Shown here piece after piece: positions 47,511 to 57,323 of a DNA stretch of 64,000 bases (within the stretch, counting starts at the first letter, position 1; every line of letters starts with the position of its first letter). This DNA comes from an uncultured Actinomycetota bacterium. Its GTDB lineage: Bacteria > Actinomycetota > Actinomycetes > Prado026. The position numbers and the translations under genes are program-made. The notes beneath the pieces are model-generated. The model did not search any database. It worked only from the letters and a program-made list of their open reading frames with translations, and was not told the DNA's origin. The stretch lies in the NCBI GenBank assembly GCA_963849365.1, contig CAWKHA010000004.1:585214-649213 (forward strand). Reading direction: 5' to 3'.

Positions 47511-47692
47511 TCCACCCCCTGTCTTGTCTCGCACGCGGCGCCGGAGTCGCCGTCCGACGCGTAGCACCGATGGTCCCGCGCCTTGGCGGATTGCTGAACG
47601 CCTGGGCAGGCCCTCCAATCTCACCCGAGCATCCTGGCAGTCCAACCCGAACAAATGTGCGGTGGGCGCACGAGATCCGGCATTCTGTGCGC

Positions 47693-48334
47693 ATGGACGA
47701 TCTCGTCACTCAGTCGTTCGGCTATGACGGTGGACGACAAGTCACGGTGTACGTTCCGTCGGCGCCGCCCGAAGCAGTTGTGTTCGCAGGCGATGGTCAA
47801 ATGCTTGCGGAGTGGGGCGCCGACCTGGAGAAGGCGGATGGCCCGTCAACCTTGATCGTCGGTGTCCACAGCCGACCAGATGAATCCGGACGCCTCGGCG
47901 AGTACTCGCCGGCGCTAGACCCGGATCGGTTCGCGGCTCATGAGCGGTTTGTAATGCGGGATGTATGTGACTGGGTGGGATCGCACTTCCGGTTCACCTC
48001 AACTGCTGCTACGACGGCTGTCTTTGGTGTTTCAGCCGGCGGGGAATTGGCACTTGCCCTGGGTCTTCGGCATCCGGATGTGTTCGGTGCGATCCTCTGC
48101 GCGTCGCCCGGTGCGGGCTACCGCCCGCCCGGATTCATGCCTGATCCGATCCCCCGTACGTACTTCGTCGCCGGAACCGAGGAGCCGTTCTTCCACGAAA
48201 ACGCGACTCGTTGGGCTTCGGCCCTACGCGACGCGGGAGCCGAAGTTGTCATGACGGAGCGGCCCGGGTCGCACGGCGACGCGTTTTGGCGCGAAGAGTT
48301 CCCCACGATGGTGCGGTGGGCCTTCGGTCGATGA
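47693..48334 (+). CDS. esterase-family alpha/beta hydrolase
   Basis: GVSAGGELALALGLRHPDVF nucleophile elbow; ATG 47693. Confidence 0.65.
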   Translation: MDDLVTQSFGYDGGRQVTVYVPSAPPEAVVFAGDGQMLAEWGADLEKADGPSTLIVGVHSRPDESGRLGEYSPALDPDRFAAHERFVMRDVCDWVGSHFRFTSTAATTAVFGVSAGGELALALGLRHPDVFGAILCASPGAGYRPPGFMPDPIPRTYFVAGTEEPFFHENATRWASALRDAGAEVVMTERPGSHGDAFWREEFPTMVRWAFGR

Positions 48335-48522
48335 CGCCGTCTGATAGCCCTAACGCGAGTGCCGTTAGAGGGCTGAGCCGATCCGGCATTATCGGGTGCA
48401 CGGGAAAGGCGTGCACCCACCCGTGAGTCGCGCGTCCTTCCCCCCGGCTTGGCGCTTGAGTATCACAAGTGCAGGGGAGTCCCTGGATCATCTCTCCAGT
48501 GCTTGTATGTGGGAGGCAGTCA

Positions 48523-49194
48523 ATGAGCACACAGGGCTGGCAGAAGTTCCTCGCCGCGGAGGGCGTTGACGACTGGGTCGTTCTGCACGGCGGTGCGACC
48601 GCTGTCTTCCGCGTTCCAACACTCGCCGAGGCGGCGCAGCTCGCCGGGGCAGTCGCAGCCCTCCCCGGCCTAGAGGGCTCGGGGGTTCTCTTGACGATTG
48701 CCGATGACCGTCTCACCGTGCGGCTGAGCCGGGGTGTGTTTCGGCTGGAGGAGCGGCACATCGACCTGGCGCGGGCAGTCTCGGCTGCGGCGCGGAAGCA
48801 CGGTGCCGTCGCCGACCGCGCGGGTACGCAGGAGGTCTCGCTAGCGATCGCAGCGAAGCCCGACGCGATCGATGTCAGGTTTTGGCGGACCGTCCTCGGC
48901 TATGCGCCGCTGGCCGAGGACAACGCGGTCGACCCGCTGGGCCACGGCTCGACGGTCTGGTTGCAGGAGCTCAACGCCGACAAGCCGCTCCGGCACGCGA
49001 TGCACCTCGACGTGTCCGTCGCTCGTGAGCACGTCGAGGCGCGATTGGCGGCCGCGCTCGCCGCAGGCGGCCGCATCGTCCAGGACACCGACGCCCCCGG
49101 TGCCTGGATCCTCGCCGACCGTGCCGGAAACCGCGTCTGTGTCGTCGCTTGGCCGGACGGGTCCGTCTCGCCTGCATCTGTTCTTCCCCAGTAG
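48523..49194 (+). CDS. PCD-like/VOC-like two-domain protein, copy 2 (intact)
   Basis: GGGAGG RBS; 223 aa; full-length paralog of the frameshifted copy at 34043..34766. Confidence 0.6.
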   Translation: MSTQGWQKFLAAEGVDDWVVLHGGATAVFRVPTLAEAAQLAGAVAALPGLEGSGVLLTIADDRLTVRLSRGVFRLEERHIDLARAVSAAARKHGAVADRAGTQEVSLAIAAKPDAIDVRFWRTVLGYAPLAEDNAVDPLGHGSTVWLQELNADKPLRHAMHLDVSVAREHVEARLAAALAAGGRIVQDTDAPGAWILADRAGNRVCVVAWPDGSVSPASVLPQ

Positions 49195-49436
49195 CGTGCC
49201 GCGCGGCGTGCACCGAAGTGCCTACCTGTTGACTTCGGGCAGCTCCTGGTCGGCAGGCTGGGGGTCAGATGGTCAGCGGGTCGCTCTCGAAGTGCCTGCC
49301 CACGGAGGCTTCGTGTGGCTCTCGAACGGAGTGCGTCCGCCGGCCATCGTTGACGGGATGTGGCTCGAGAGGGGTCTGCGTCGCCCGAGGTAGGCATGCC
49401 CTCCCGTCGTCCCTTCGAAGACAAGGAGACTGGCGG

Positions 49437-50591
49437 ATGGCTGCTGTAGTGATCGGTGTGGATCCGGCGAAACGTTCGCACACGGTTGAGGTGATCGACG
49501 GCCGGGAGCACGTGCTGGCGACGGGACGGTTCGAGAACAACAACGACGGCTATCGGGCGATGCGGGTGCTGGCCAACCGGTGGCCGGCCCGGGTGTGGGC
49601 AGTGGAGGGCGCGTCCGGTGTGGGCCGGCAGCTGGCCCAGCGGCTTGTGTCCGATGGCGAACGCATCCTTGATGTGCCCTCGAAGCTGTCGACGCGGGTC
49701 AGGGCGATGGACACTGGGCATGGCCGTAAGAACGACCCGGCGGACGCTCACGCTGTCGCGGTCGTGGGGCTGCGCACGACCGATCTTCGCGAGGTCAAGT
49801 CCGATGACCAGATGGTCGCGTTGCGACTGCTGTCCGCCCGCCGCCGTGACCTGGTCCGCTCTCGCACGCAGGCGGTGAACCGGCTGCACCAGACGTTGAT
49901 GGAGCTGATTCCCGCTGGTGCACGCAAGGATCTGTCCGCGACCGCCGCGAGGGCCCTGATCGCCACGGTCCGCCCACGCGACGTGGCCGGCAAGACTCGA
50001 CGGCAGGTCGCGGTCGACCTGATCGACGACGTGGCCGTAGCGGACCGCAAGCTCAAGGCCGTCGAATCCAGCATCAAGGCGGCCGTCGCAGCGACCGGCA
50101 CCACACTGACCGACATCGTCGGGATCGCATCGATCACGGCCGCGGTGATCCTCGGTGAGGTCGGCGACGTCGCCCGGTTCGCCAACGCTGACAACTTCGC
50201 CAGCTACACCGGCACCGCACCCCTGGAGGTCTCCAGCGGCGAGGTCGTCCGGCACCGCCTGAACCGAGCCGGGAACCGGCGACTGAACTCCGCGTTGCAC
50301 GTCGCCGCCCTGGCCAACAAACGCCACGACTCCCGCGGCAAGGCCTACTACGAGAAGAAGCGCGCCGCCGACAAGGGCAAGAAAGGCGCCCTGCGCTGCC
50401 TGAAACGACGCCTGGCCGACGTCGTCTTCCGCACCATGCTCACCGATCAGGCGTTAAGGAACCCGGGAGGGCAATTGGGGGCGACACTCACATCCAGCGC
50501 GGCTGACCTGATCCCCATGGCCAACACTTCGGAAAAGCCACAACCCGGGTCCAGGACCGACCATACGCCCGCAACCGCAGCCGCGTCTTGA
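49437..50591 (+). mobile_element. IS110-family insertion sequence transposase gene, element B (different sequence from element A)
   Basis: AAGGAG RBS; MAAVVIGVDPAKRSHTVEVIDG ... Confidence 0.8.
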
Positions 50592-50701
50592 CACAGAGGG
50601 GAACCGTTCGCGGGTGGCTCTGGTTGCTCGGATCCGGCGCCCGAGCGCGCATCCGTTCTGCACCATTGTTTCGCGGCCCACCGGAAGCAGGGATGAGAGA
50701 C

Positions 50702-51175
50702 ATGCCAGTCATCGCGCTAAGGCCGGTCGCCGACGCTGACCTCGACGCGCTGTTCGATCAGACGCGCGACCCCGAGTCGGTCTGGATGGCCGCGTTTACT
50801 CCCGACGACCCGGACGACAAGAGTGCATTCGAAGCGCACATGGCCAAGGTGAGATCCTCGCCAGACATCACACTGCGCGCGGTCACGTGCGACGGCCAGC
50901 TCGTAGGCAGCGTTTCTTCGTTCGTCATCGACGGCGAAACGGACGTCACCTACTGGATCGACCGCGCAGTCTGGGGACGCGGCATCGCGAGCCGAGCGCT
51001 GGAGCTGCTCATGGACCTAGTCCCCACCCGGCCGCTGCACGCCCGCGCGGCCAGCGACAACGTCGCCTCGCTCAGGGTCCTCCAGAAGGTCGGTTTCAAG
51101 ATCATCGGAACCGAGAACTCGTTCGCACCCGGCCGGAACAGCCATATCGAGGAAACCATTCTGCGCAGGGACTAG
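50702..51175 (+). CDS. GNAT-family N-acetyltransferase
   Basis: ...YWIDRAVWGRGIASRALELL... Confidence 0.7.
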   Translation: MPVIALRPVADADLDALFDQTRDPESVWMAAFTPDDPDDKSAFEAHMAKVRSSPDITLRAVTCDGQLVGSVSSFVIDGETDVTYWIDRAVWGRGIASRALELLMDLVPTRPLHARAASDNVASLRVLQKVGFKIIGTENSFAPGRNSHIEETILRRD

Positions 51176-51298
51176 CGTCCTGGGCTGAGCTGGCCCCCCG
51201 CGTGGTACGCGACCGTGACGCCGCGCGAGCGCCGACCTACCCCTGCACCTGCGGCAGCGGGCATGAGTAAGCCCGCTGCCACGGCTCGCTGTTGCGGC

Positions 51299-53587
51299 TC
51301 ACTGGGCAGCCAGCACGATCGACCACATGACGGCCATGTTGCTGGCCACGCTGGACGTCGCTGACAGCCCTCCGACCGTGCCGAGGCCGACCGGGCCAGC
51401 GCTGTCCCCCGACAGCGAGCTGATCCGGCCGCCGCCGGTGCCGACCGACTGGTAGCGGCGGGTCACACCCGCGGGCGCGGTCCAGCCGGTCGCCGTCCCG
51501 GTCTTGTCCGCCCAGTACGACACCAGCCACCCGCCCGGCGCCGTCACGGACACCGTCGGCGTCCGGTGGCTCGCGGAAGTGCCCGGCTCGGTTGCGACGG
51601 CGAACGCCTGGATCGCCGGCCCTGCCACACCCGAGTACGCGAGCAGCTGGACGTCCGTCTTCGTGGTCAGCGACGCGGTGACCGTGACGCCCGAGCCGGC
51701 GTCGGCGGACCCCGCCACCCGCCACCAGACCGCCGACTGCATGCTCGCGTCCGTGGCTCGGCTCAGCTGCGTCCAGCCGGCCGGGACACCCACTGTCGAG
51801 TCGATCCGGTTGGCGGACACGAGCAGCAGCAGCACGTCACCGGCCCGCACGGCCGCCGGCACCGTCACGGTGGCCGTCCTGGCGTTGACCGTCCGGGTGG
51901 CACCCGCGCGGTAGGCAACGGCCGAGGGTGTACCGACCACCACCGTCCTGGCCGCCGTCCCTGTCGCGTACTCGTTGTCGGTCACGGTGAGGGTCACCTG
52001 GTAGCTGCCCGCGCTCGGGTACGTGTGAGTGGGCGCCATTCCGGTCGTGGTCTGGCCATCACCGAACTGCCACCGGTATCCCACGATCGTCCCGTCGCTG
52101 TCGTACGAGCCCGCCGCTGAGAAGGTGCCCGTCAGCCCGGTGAAGACCGGAGTCGCCATCACCGCGACGGGCGGCGAGTTCACCGGTGTGTCCGACACCA
52201 CGCACTGCTGCCCGACACAGCTGCGCAGAGCAGCCAGGCGCGCGCTCCACACCGCCTCGTCCGGGTCGTTGGCCGCGCTCGCGTCACCCAGCAGGTTGAG
52301 CAGCTGGTCAGGATCGTTGCTCAGGTCGTAGTACTCACGACCTGTCACCGCCCCGGTGGTGGGGTCGTACCACTGCGTGTACTGCGCTGTGGGTGTGACC
52401 ACCGATGACCACGGAGGCAGCGGTGCGTCGAGGCTCCGCCCGTACTCGACGAGGAGCTGCGAGCGACGGACGCCCGACAGGATCGACGTCCCGTCCAGCG
52501 GGGCCTTCAGGGTCGGCGTCACGCCGGCGGCGTCGAGCAGCGTCGGCAGCATGTCCACACCACTCACGAGGCGCCCGTCCGAGGTGCCGGCTGTGATGTG
52601 CCCCGGCCACCGCATGATCAGCGGTGTGGTCTCGCTGTCGGTGTACGCAAACCGCTTGTCGAGGATGCGGTGCTCACCCCACAAGTACCCGTTGTCGGAG
52701 GTGAAGATCGCCAGCGTGTTCTGGTCCTCACCCAGGCGGGTGATCTCGTCGGTGACCTTGGCCACCATGTCGTCCACCGACATGAGCGTCCGCAGCTGGT
52801 CCGTGCGCCGTTGCTGCGCGGTGGTCACGTTCACCAGCGGGCGCCAGCTCACGTTGGACGGCTTGTCGGACACGTCCGCCTCGTTGAAGCTCGGCGGCGG
52901 CGTCCAGGCCGGCACGGCCGCGTTGGCGTACTTGGCCTCCGGAGTGAACGGGTCGTGCGGTGCCTGCGGTGCCACGTAGATGAGCCATGGCTTCGCGTCG
53001 TTCTGCTCGAAGGTGTTCAGGTCCTGCACGACCTCGTCGCCCAGGACGGTGGAGTAGTAGCCGGGGATCTTCCGGACCGTGCCGTCGTCGTTGTACGACA
53101 CGTCGCTGTACCCGCCGGTGGTGAACAGCCAGTGGTCCCACTGCTGAGGGCTCCGTGCCAGCGGGACCGTGTTCATGAACTTGCCGGCCATCGCCGTCGA
53201 GTACCCGGCCGCGTGCAGGTACGCCTCGAACGTCGCCGACTGGTCCATCGCCGCGATCTCCGCGTCGAGGCCGTTGCCGGTGATGCCGTTGTTGTGCCCG
53301 TACCGACCGGTGAAGAGGCTGCCGCGCGACGGGGAGCACAGCGGGGTGCTCGGGTAGTTGTGCGTGTACGTCTGGCCCTGCTGCTGGAACCAGCTGCGCA
53401 CGTGTGGCATCACGTCGAGCGTGCCCCCGGACGGCCGCATGTCGTCCAGGTTGATGAGCAGGATGTTGGGCTGGGCGTTGGCTGCCGCCTCGGCCGGAGG
53501 GGCGAGGGAGCCGGAGTTGGCACCCAGCGCAACCACGGCCCCGGTCGACGCGGCCAGCAACGCTGCCATCCAGGGGGAGCGCTTCAT
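51299..53587 (-). CDS. secreted sulfatase (formylglycine CxPSR) with C-terminal PKD-like and additional beta-rich domains
   Basis: CSPSRGSLFTGRY; signal peptide from MKRSPW (alternative start 53614). Confidence 0.8.
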   Translation of the reverse strand: MKRSPWMAALLAASTGAVVALGANSGSLAPPAEAAANAQPNILLINLDDMRPSGGTLDVMPHVRSWFQQQGQTYTHNYPSTPLCSPSRGSLFTGRYGHNNGITGNGLDAEIAAMDQSATFEAYLHAAGYSTAMAGKFMNTVPLARSPQQWDHWLFTTGGYSDVSYNDDGTVRKIPGYYSTVLGDEVVQDLNTFEQNDAKPWLIYVAPQAPHDPFTPEAKYANAAVPAWTPPPSFNEADVSDKPSNVSWRPLVNVTTAQQRRTDQLRTLMSVDDMVAKVTDEITRLGEDQNTLAIFTSDNGYLWGEHRILDKRFAYTDSETTPLIMRWPGHITAGTSDGRLVSGVDMLPTLLDAAGVTPTLKAPLDGTSILSGVRRSQLLVEYGRSLDAPLPPWSSVVTPTAQYTQWYDPTTGAVTGREYYDLSNDPDQLLNLLGDASAANDPDEAVWSARLAALRSCVGQQCVVSDTPVNSPPVAVMATPVFTGLTGTFSAAGSYDSDGTIVGYRWQFGDGQTTTGMAPTHTYPSAGSYQVTLTVTDNEYATGTAARTVVVGTPSAVAYRAGATRTVNARTATVTVPAAVRAGDVLLLLVSANRIDSTVGVPAGWTQLSRATDASMQSAVWWRVAGSADAGSGVTVTASLTTKTDVQLLAYSGVAGPAIQAFAVATEPGTSASHRTPTVSVTAPGGWLVSYWADKTGTATGWTAPAGVTRRYQSVGTGGGRISSLSGDSAGPVGLGTVGGLSATSSVASNMAVMWSIVLAAQ

Positions 53588-53649
53588 TGCAGACACCTCG
53601 GACCAATTCCGCACCTCGCGGGCGGCGGCCGGGCCCCTGCACCTGCCTG

Positions 53650-54150
53650 TCGCAGCGTCGGCGGAGAAGCACCGCCCCCGCGCTCACCAGCAGTCAACGC
53701 CGCACGGTGCGCCCGCCGGTAGGGACGAATGGCCTTGCGGTTCGGGGCGGCGGCGGTGAAGTCACGGCCGAGCAGGTCACCGGCGCGCTTGCCGTCGTTG
53801 CCCGGGATCGTGGTCCGGTTGCCTTCGAGCGGCGGATCCCTCGCTCGCAGGCCAAGGGATCTCATCGCCCGGTCCACGCTGCCTGGCGACGCGGTGGGCA
53901 GCTCACAGCGCACCGCGGCGGTGATCTTCCGCCGCCCATACAGCCCCTCCGGAGCCAGCCGGCGGCACCCGTTGTGGTCGACGGTCCAGGCCAGCTCGCG
54001 GACCTTGTCGAGCACGACAGCGTCGGTGATGGTGCGATCGGCGACCGCCCGGCCCGGCTGTGCCCGATGGATCCCCCGAGCCCGCTCGCGCACCGGGTGG
54101 CTCGCGGCACAATGGCACCGCTTCAAGGGCCGACAGGAAGGTCCAGCCCT
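53650..54150 (-). pseudogene. IS3-family transposase OrfB N-terminal remnant
   Basis: Track ORF 53584..54225(-): ITDAVVLDKVRELAWTVDHNGCRRLAPEGLYGRRKITAAVRCELP ... LGRDFTAAAPNRKA, then diverges; no DDE core follows. Confidence 0.45.
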
Positions 54151-54724
54151 GACCCAGGGCCAGCCGCTGACAACCCGGCAGCGACGCCGGAACGCCGCCG
54201 TCATCATCCTTCGCGTCCTCGCCACAGCGACGGTTGTGGTCGCGCTGTACTACATCCTCCCGCTGGACCGCCTTGACGGAAGCCCAGCGGTCCTGTCGTT
54301 CGCGGTCGGGTTCGTCCTACTCGTCGGCGTGGGGGCCTGGCAGATCCGCACTGTCCTAGATGCCGAGCATCCATCGATCCGCGCCATCGAGTCGCTGTCC
54401 GGGTACGTTCCGTTGCTCCTGGTCCTGTTCGCGGCCGACTACTACCTGATGGCCAGGGCCGACCCTGCCAGCTTCAACGTCCACATCCTGACCCGGACGG
54501 ACTCCCTGTACTTCACCTTGACCATCTTCAGCACCGTCGGCTTCGGAGACACCAACGCGACCAGCCAAGGCGCCCGAGTCGTGGTCATGGTCCAGATCGT
54601 CCTCAACCTCACCGTGCTCGGCCTAGGCGTCCGGCTGCTGACGCAGGCCGTTCACATCGGTGAAGCCCGACGACAGAACGAGCAGCCTCCGCACCCAACG
54701 ACGACACCCCGGCCAACCGCCTAA
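54029..54724 (+). CDS. potassium-channel-family protein (pore TVGFGD)
   Basis: C-terminal ~200 aa of track ORF 53729..54724; start uncertain (first in-frame ATG 54029 overlaps the IS3 remnant). Confidence 0.55.
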   Translation: MVRSATARPGCARWIPRARSRTGWLAAQWHRFKGRQEGPALTQGQPLTTRQRRRNAAVIILRVLATATVVVALYYILPLDRLDGSPAVLSFAVGFVLLVGVGAWQIRTVLDAEHPSIRAIESLSGYVPLLLVLFAADYYLMARADPASFNVHILTRTDSLYFTLTIFSTVGFGDTNATSQGARVVVMVQIVLNLTVLGLGVRLLTQAVHIGEARRQNEQPPHPTTTPRPTA

Positions 54725-54854
54725 GGAACGCGAAAGCGCCGCCTCGAGCCGATCTGTTCGCCTTATCGGTCAGTCACGACTCGCACAACTACGGTCGCGT
54801 CTTCGTCCGCTTCCGCTGGCAGTGAGCACCTTCGAGGACGCCGTCTGAGCTGTC

Positions 54855-55580
54855 CTACGACGTACGGGAGAGAGTCCGCTCGAGACCGTCGAGGAGCAGG
54901 TCGAGCCCGAGCTCGAAGTGCTCGACCCGACCTGTCTTGCTGATCTCGGTGACCACCTCGACCACGTACGGGAACTGTGCCGGGTCGAAGAGCTCGAGTG
55001 CGTCCGCTGACACCTGCGCGTTGTCCACGGCGTCGAACGGCAGCTGGAGCTCCTGCAGCGTGAAGCCGTAGATGTGGCTGTCCAGGGTGTGCCACGCGTC
55101 GAGCGCGCCGTGGATCGAGAACCCACCTTCGCGCAGCCGGCCGAGGGTCGCATCGAGGTAGCGGGTCATACCGGGGCCGATGTTGAACCTGGACATGATC
55201 AGCATTGCGGCCCAGGGATGGGCCAGCAGGACCTCGTGCGCGGAGATCGCGCGATCACGCATGGCCGACCGCCAGTCGGTCCCGCTCGGGGGGACGGCGA
55301 TCTCACTCACGACGAGGTCGGTGATGCCGTCGAGGACGTCGTCCTTGTTCGCCACGTGGTGGTAGAGCGACATGGCCTCGACGCCGAGCTCCTGGGCCAG
55401 CCTGCGCATCGTCAGCGATGCGAGGCCCTCGGCGTCCGCGATGGCGACAGCAGCCGTCAACGCCCGCTGGCGACTGAGCGGCTCACGCGCCTTGCGGGGC
55501 TTGCCGGTCTTCGTCGTGGCCTGGCGCACCATGTCGCTCGCTCGCCTTCCGGTTACCTGGACGGGGTCCAACGTTGACAA
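54855..55580 (-). CDS. TetR/AcrR-family transcriptional regulator
   Basis: HTH LSRQRALTAAVAIADAEGLASLTMRRLAQELGV; alternative start 55532. Confidence 0.75.
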   Translation of the reverse strand: MSTLDPVQVTGRRASDMVRQATTKTGKPRKAREPLSRQRALTAAVAIADAEGLASLTMRRLAQELGVEAMSLYHHVANKDDVLDGITDLVVSEIAVPPSGTDWRSAMRDRAISAHEVLLAHPWAAMLIMSRFNIGPGMTRYLDATLGRLREGGFSIHGALDAWHTLDSHIYGFTLQELQLPFDAVDNAQVSADALELFDPAQFPYVVEVVTEISKTGRVEHFELGLDLLLDGLERTLSRTS

Positions 55581-55613
55581 CCTTACAACGTATGGCTATC
55601 TTGATGGACGACA

Positions 55614-55628
55614 CCTTACACCGTAAGG
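55614..55628. promoter_or_regulatory. 15-bp palindrome CCTTAC-acc-GTAAGG plus upstream direct copy CCTTACA; candidate TetR operator
   Basis: Seen in the TetR/oxidoreductase divergent intergenic region. Confidence 0.35.
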
Positions 55629-55669
55629 CTCACGAGTCCGACCGGGCTCACCGACGCGAAGGACTCGAC

Positions 55670-56704
55670 ATGACGACCTCAGCACCTCGCAGCAACGAGC
55701 ACGAGGCAGCACCCGAGACGACGCAGGCCCGGACAATGCGTGCGATCACGCAGACCACGTACGGCACTGCCGACACCTGGGGCATTGACGAGATCGGCCT
55801 CCCGGTGATCGGATCCGGCGAGGTGCTGGTCAAGGTGCACTCGGCGGGTCTCGACCGAGGCACGTGGCACCTCATGGCCGGCAAGCCCTACGTGATGAGG
55901 CTCGGCCTGGGCTTCCACGGGCCGAAGACCGCCGTTCCCGGCATCGACCTCTCCGGCACCGTCGTGGCGATCGGCACGGACGTCACACGCTTCCAGGTCG
56001 GCGATCAGGTGTTCGGCATCGGCAAGGGCGCCTACGCGGAGTACGCGGCCGCCCGCGAGGACAAGCTCGCCCTGAAGCCCGCGAACCTCCCGTTCGACCA
56101 GGCCGCAGCCCTGGCGGTCTCGGGGTCGACCGCCCTGCGCGCCGTCACCGACGTCGGCCGGGTCGAAGCCGGCCAGAAGGTGCTCGTCATCGGCGCCTCC
56201 GGCGGAGTCGGCAGCTACGCGGTGCAGATCGCCATGACCCTGGGGGCCGAGGTCACCGCCGTGTGCAGCGCGGCCAAGGCCGACCTCGTCCGCTCCCTCG
56301 GCGCCGTCCACGTACTCGACTACGCCCGGGACGACTTCGCGGACGGGCGCACGAAGTACGACGTGATCCTCGACATCGCCGGCAACTCCTCGATCTCGCG
56401 ACTGCGCCGCGCGCTCGCCCCGCGTGGCACGCTCGTCATCGTCGGCGGCGAGGACGGTGGGAGCCTCACCGGCGGGATGGGCCGGCAGTTCCGGGCACTG
56501 GCCGTCTCGCCATTCATCCGCCAGCGCATGGCACTCGTCGTGCCCAAGGAGCACTACTCCGTGATCGAGCGCCTCGCGGCCCTGGTCCAGGACGGCACGC
56601 TCACTCCCTCCGTCGAGCGGACCTACCCGCTCAGCGAGGCACCGACGGCCATGAGACATCTCGTCGCAGGACAGGTGCGAGGCAAGCTCGTTATCACGAT
56701 CTGA
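55670..56704 (+). CDS. NAD(P)H:quinone oxidoreductase/zinc-binding dehydrogenase family (MDR)
   Basis: GAAGGA RBS; GASGGVGSYAVQIA Rossmann. Confidence 0.8.
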   Translation: MTTSAPRSNEHEAAPETTQARTMRAITQTTYGTADTWGIDEIGLPVIGSGEVLVKVHSAGLDRGTWHLMAGKPYVMRLGLGFHGPKTAVPGIDLSGTVVAIGTDVTRFQVGDQVFGIGKGAYAEYAAAREDKLALKPANLPFDQAAALAVSGSTALRAVTDVGRVEAGQKVLVIGASGGVGSYAVQIAMTLGAEVTAVCSAAKADLVRSLGAVHVLDYARDDFADGRTKYDVILDIAGNSSISRLRRALAPRGTLVIVGGEDGGSLTGGMGRQFRALAVSPFIRQRMALVVPKEHYSVIERLAALVQDGTLTPSVERTYPLSEAPTAMRHLVAGQVRGKLVITI

Positions 56705-56740
56705 CGAGGGCCCGTCGTGGCGGACGCACTCAGCGGAACC

Positions 56741-56845
56741 CCCCGAAGTCGTGACCACCAATCAACCGAAGTAGGCGTCACCCATCAGCCGAAACACTGT
56801 CAAGCCTCACCCGAAGGCGAAACGACAAGCATCAGCCGAAGTAAC
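56741..56845. repeat. about five imperfect ~23-bp tandem repeats with core (A/C)TCA(G/A)CCGAAG immediately 3' of the tRNA-Lys gene
   Basis: CCGAAG recurs at about 56743, 56766, 56790 (ccgaaa), 56811, 56836 with ~23-bp period. Confidence 0.4.
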
Positions 56846-56849
56846 ACAC

Positions 56850-56922
56850 ACAACGTGGGTGGGCCGCCTGGGGATCGAACCCAGAACCCGCGGATTAAAA
56901 GTCCGCTGCTCTGCCAGTTGAG
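56850..56922 (-). tRNA. tRNA-Lys (anticodon TTT), 73 nt, CCA not encoded
   Basis: rc sequence GGGCCGTTAGCTCAACTGGCAGAGCAGCGGACTTTTAATCCGCGGGTTCTGGGTTCGATCCCCAGGCGGCCCA folds as cloverleaf with anticodon loop CTTTTAA. Confidence 0.85.
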
Positions 56923-57323
56923 CTAACGGCCCGGGATACAGCTAACACTCCGTCAAAGCCTCCCATGAAGGCTCCCAGGAGCCCCACAGTGTGACCGACA
57001 ACGACTCATGCACTTGACGGTCTCTGGTCGGGTGCCTGACGTCGCGGCTGCCGTCCAGGCTGCCGAGATCCTCACCGGCCGGCAGGGGAGTCCGCCGCGA
57101 GTCCGCGGCTGGGCACTGACCGCCGGGTCCGCCGTATGCGCCTTCAGCCGCCGGCCGGTCGTTTCACCCGGGTGAGCCACGGTCGGGGTGATCCGACCAC
57201 CTGGCCCTTGTCGAAGGATCGGGTCGGCGGGTCGGGCCAACCGCGCCGGCCTGTTCGAGCTCCGGCCCCCGGTCTTGCTCAAGACGACCCGATCGGGCGA
57301 GGCACATGAGAGAAGGACGCGCC

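Noticed and set aside
56717-56926. 69-aa plus-strand ORF overlapping tRNA-Lys
   Set aside because: Overlaps a well-formed tRNA and the tandem-repeat region. No coding signature.
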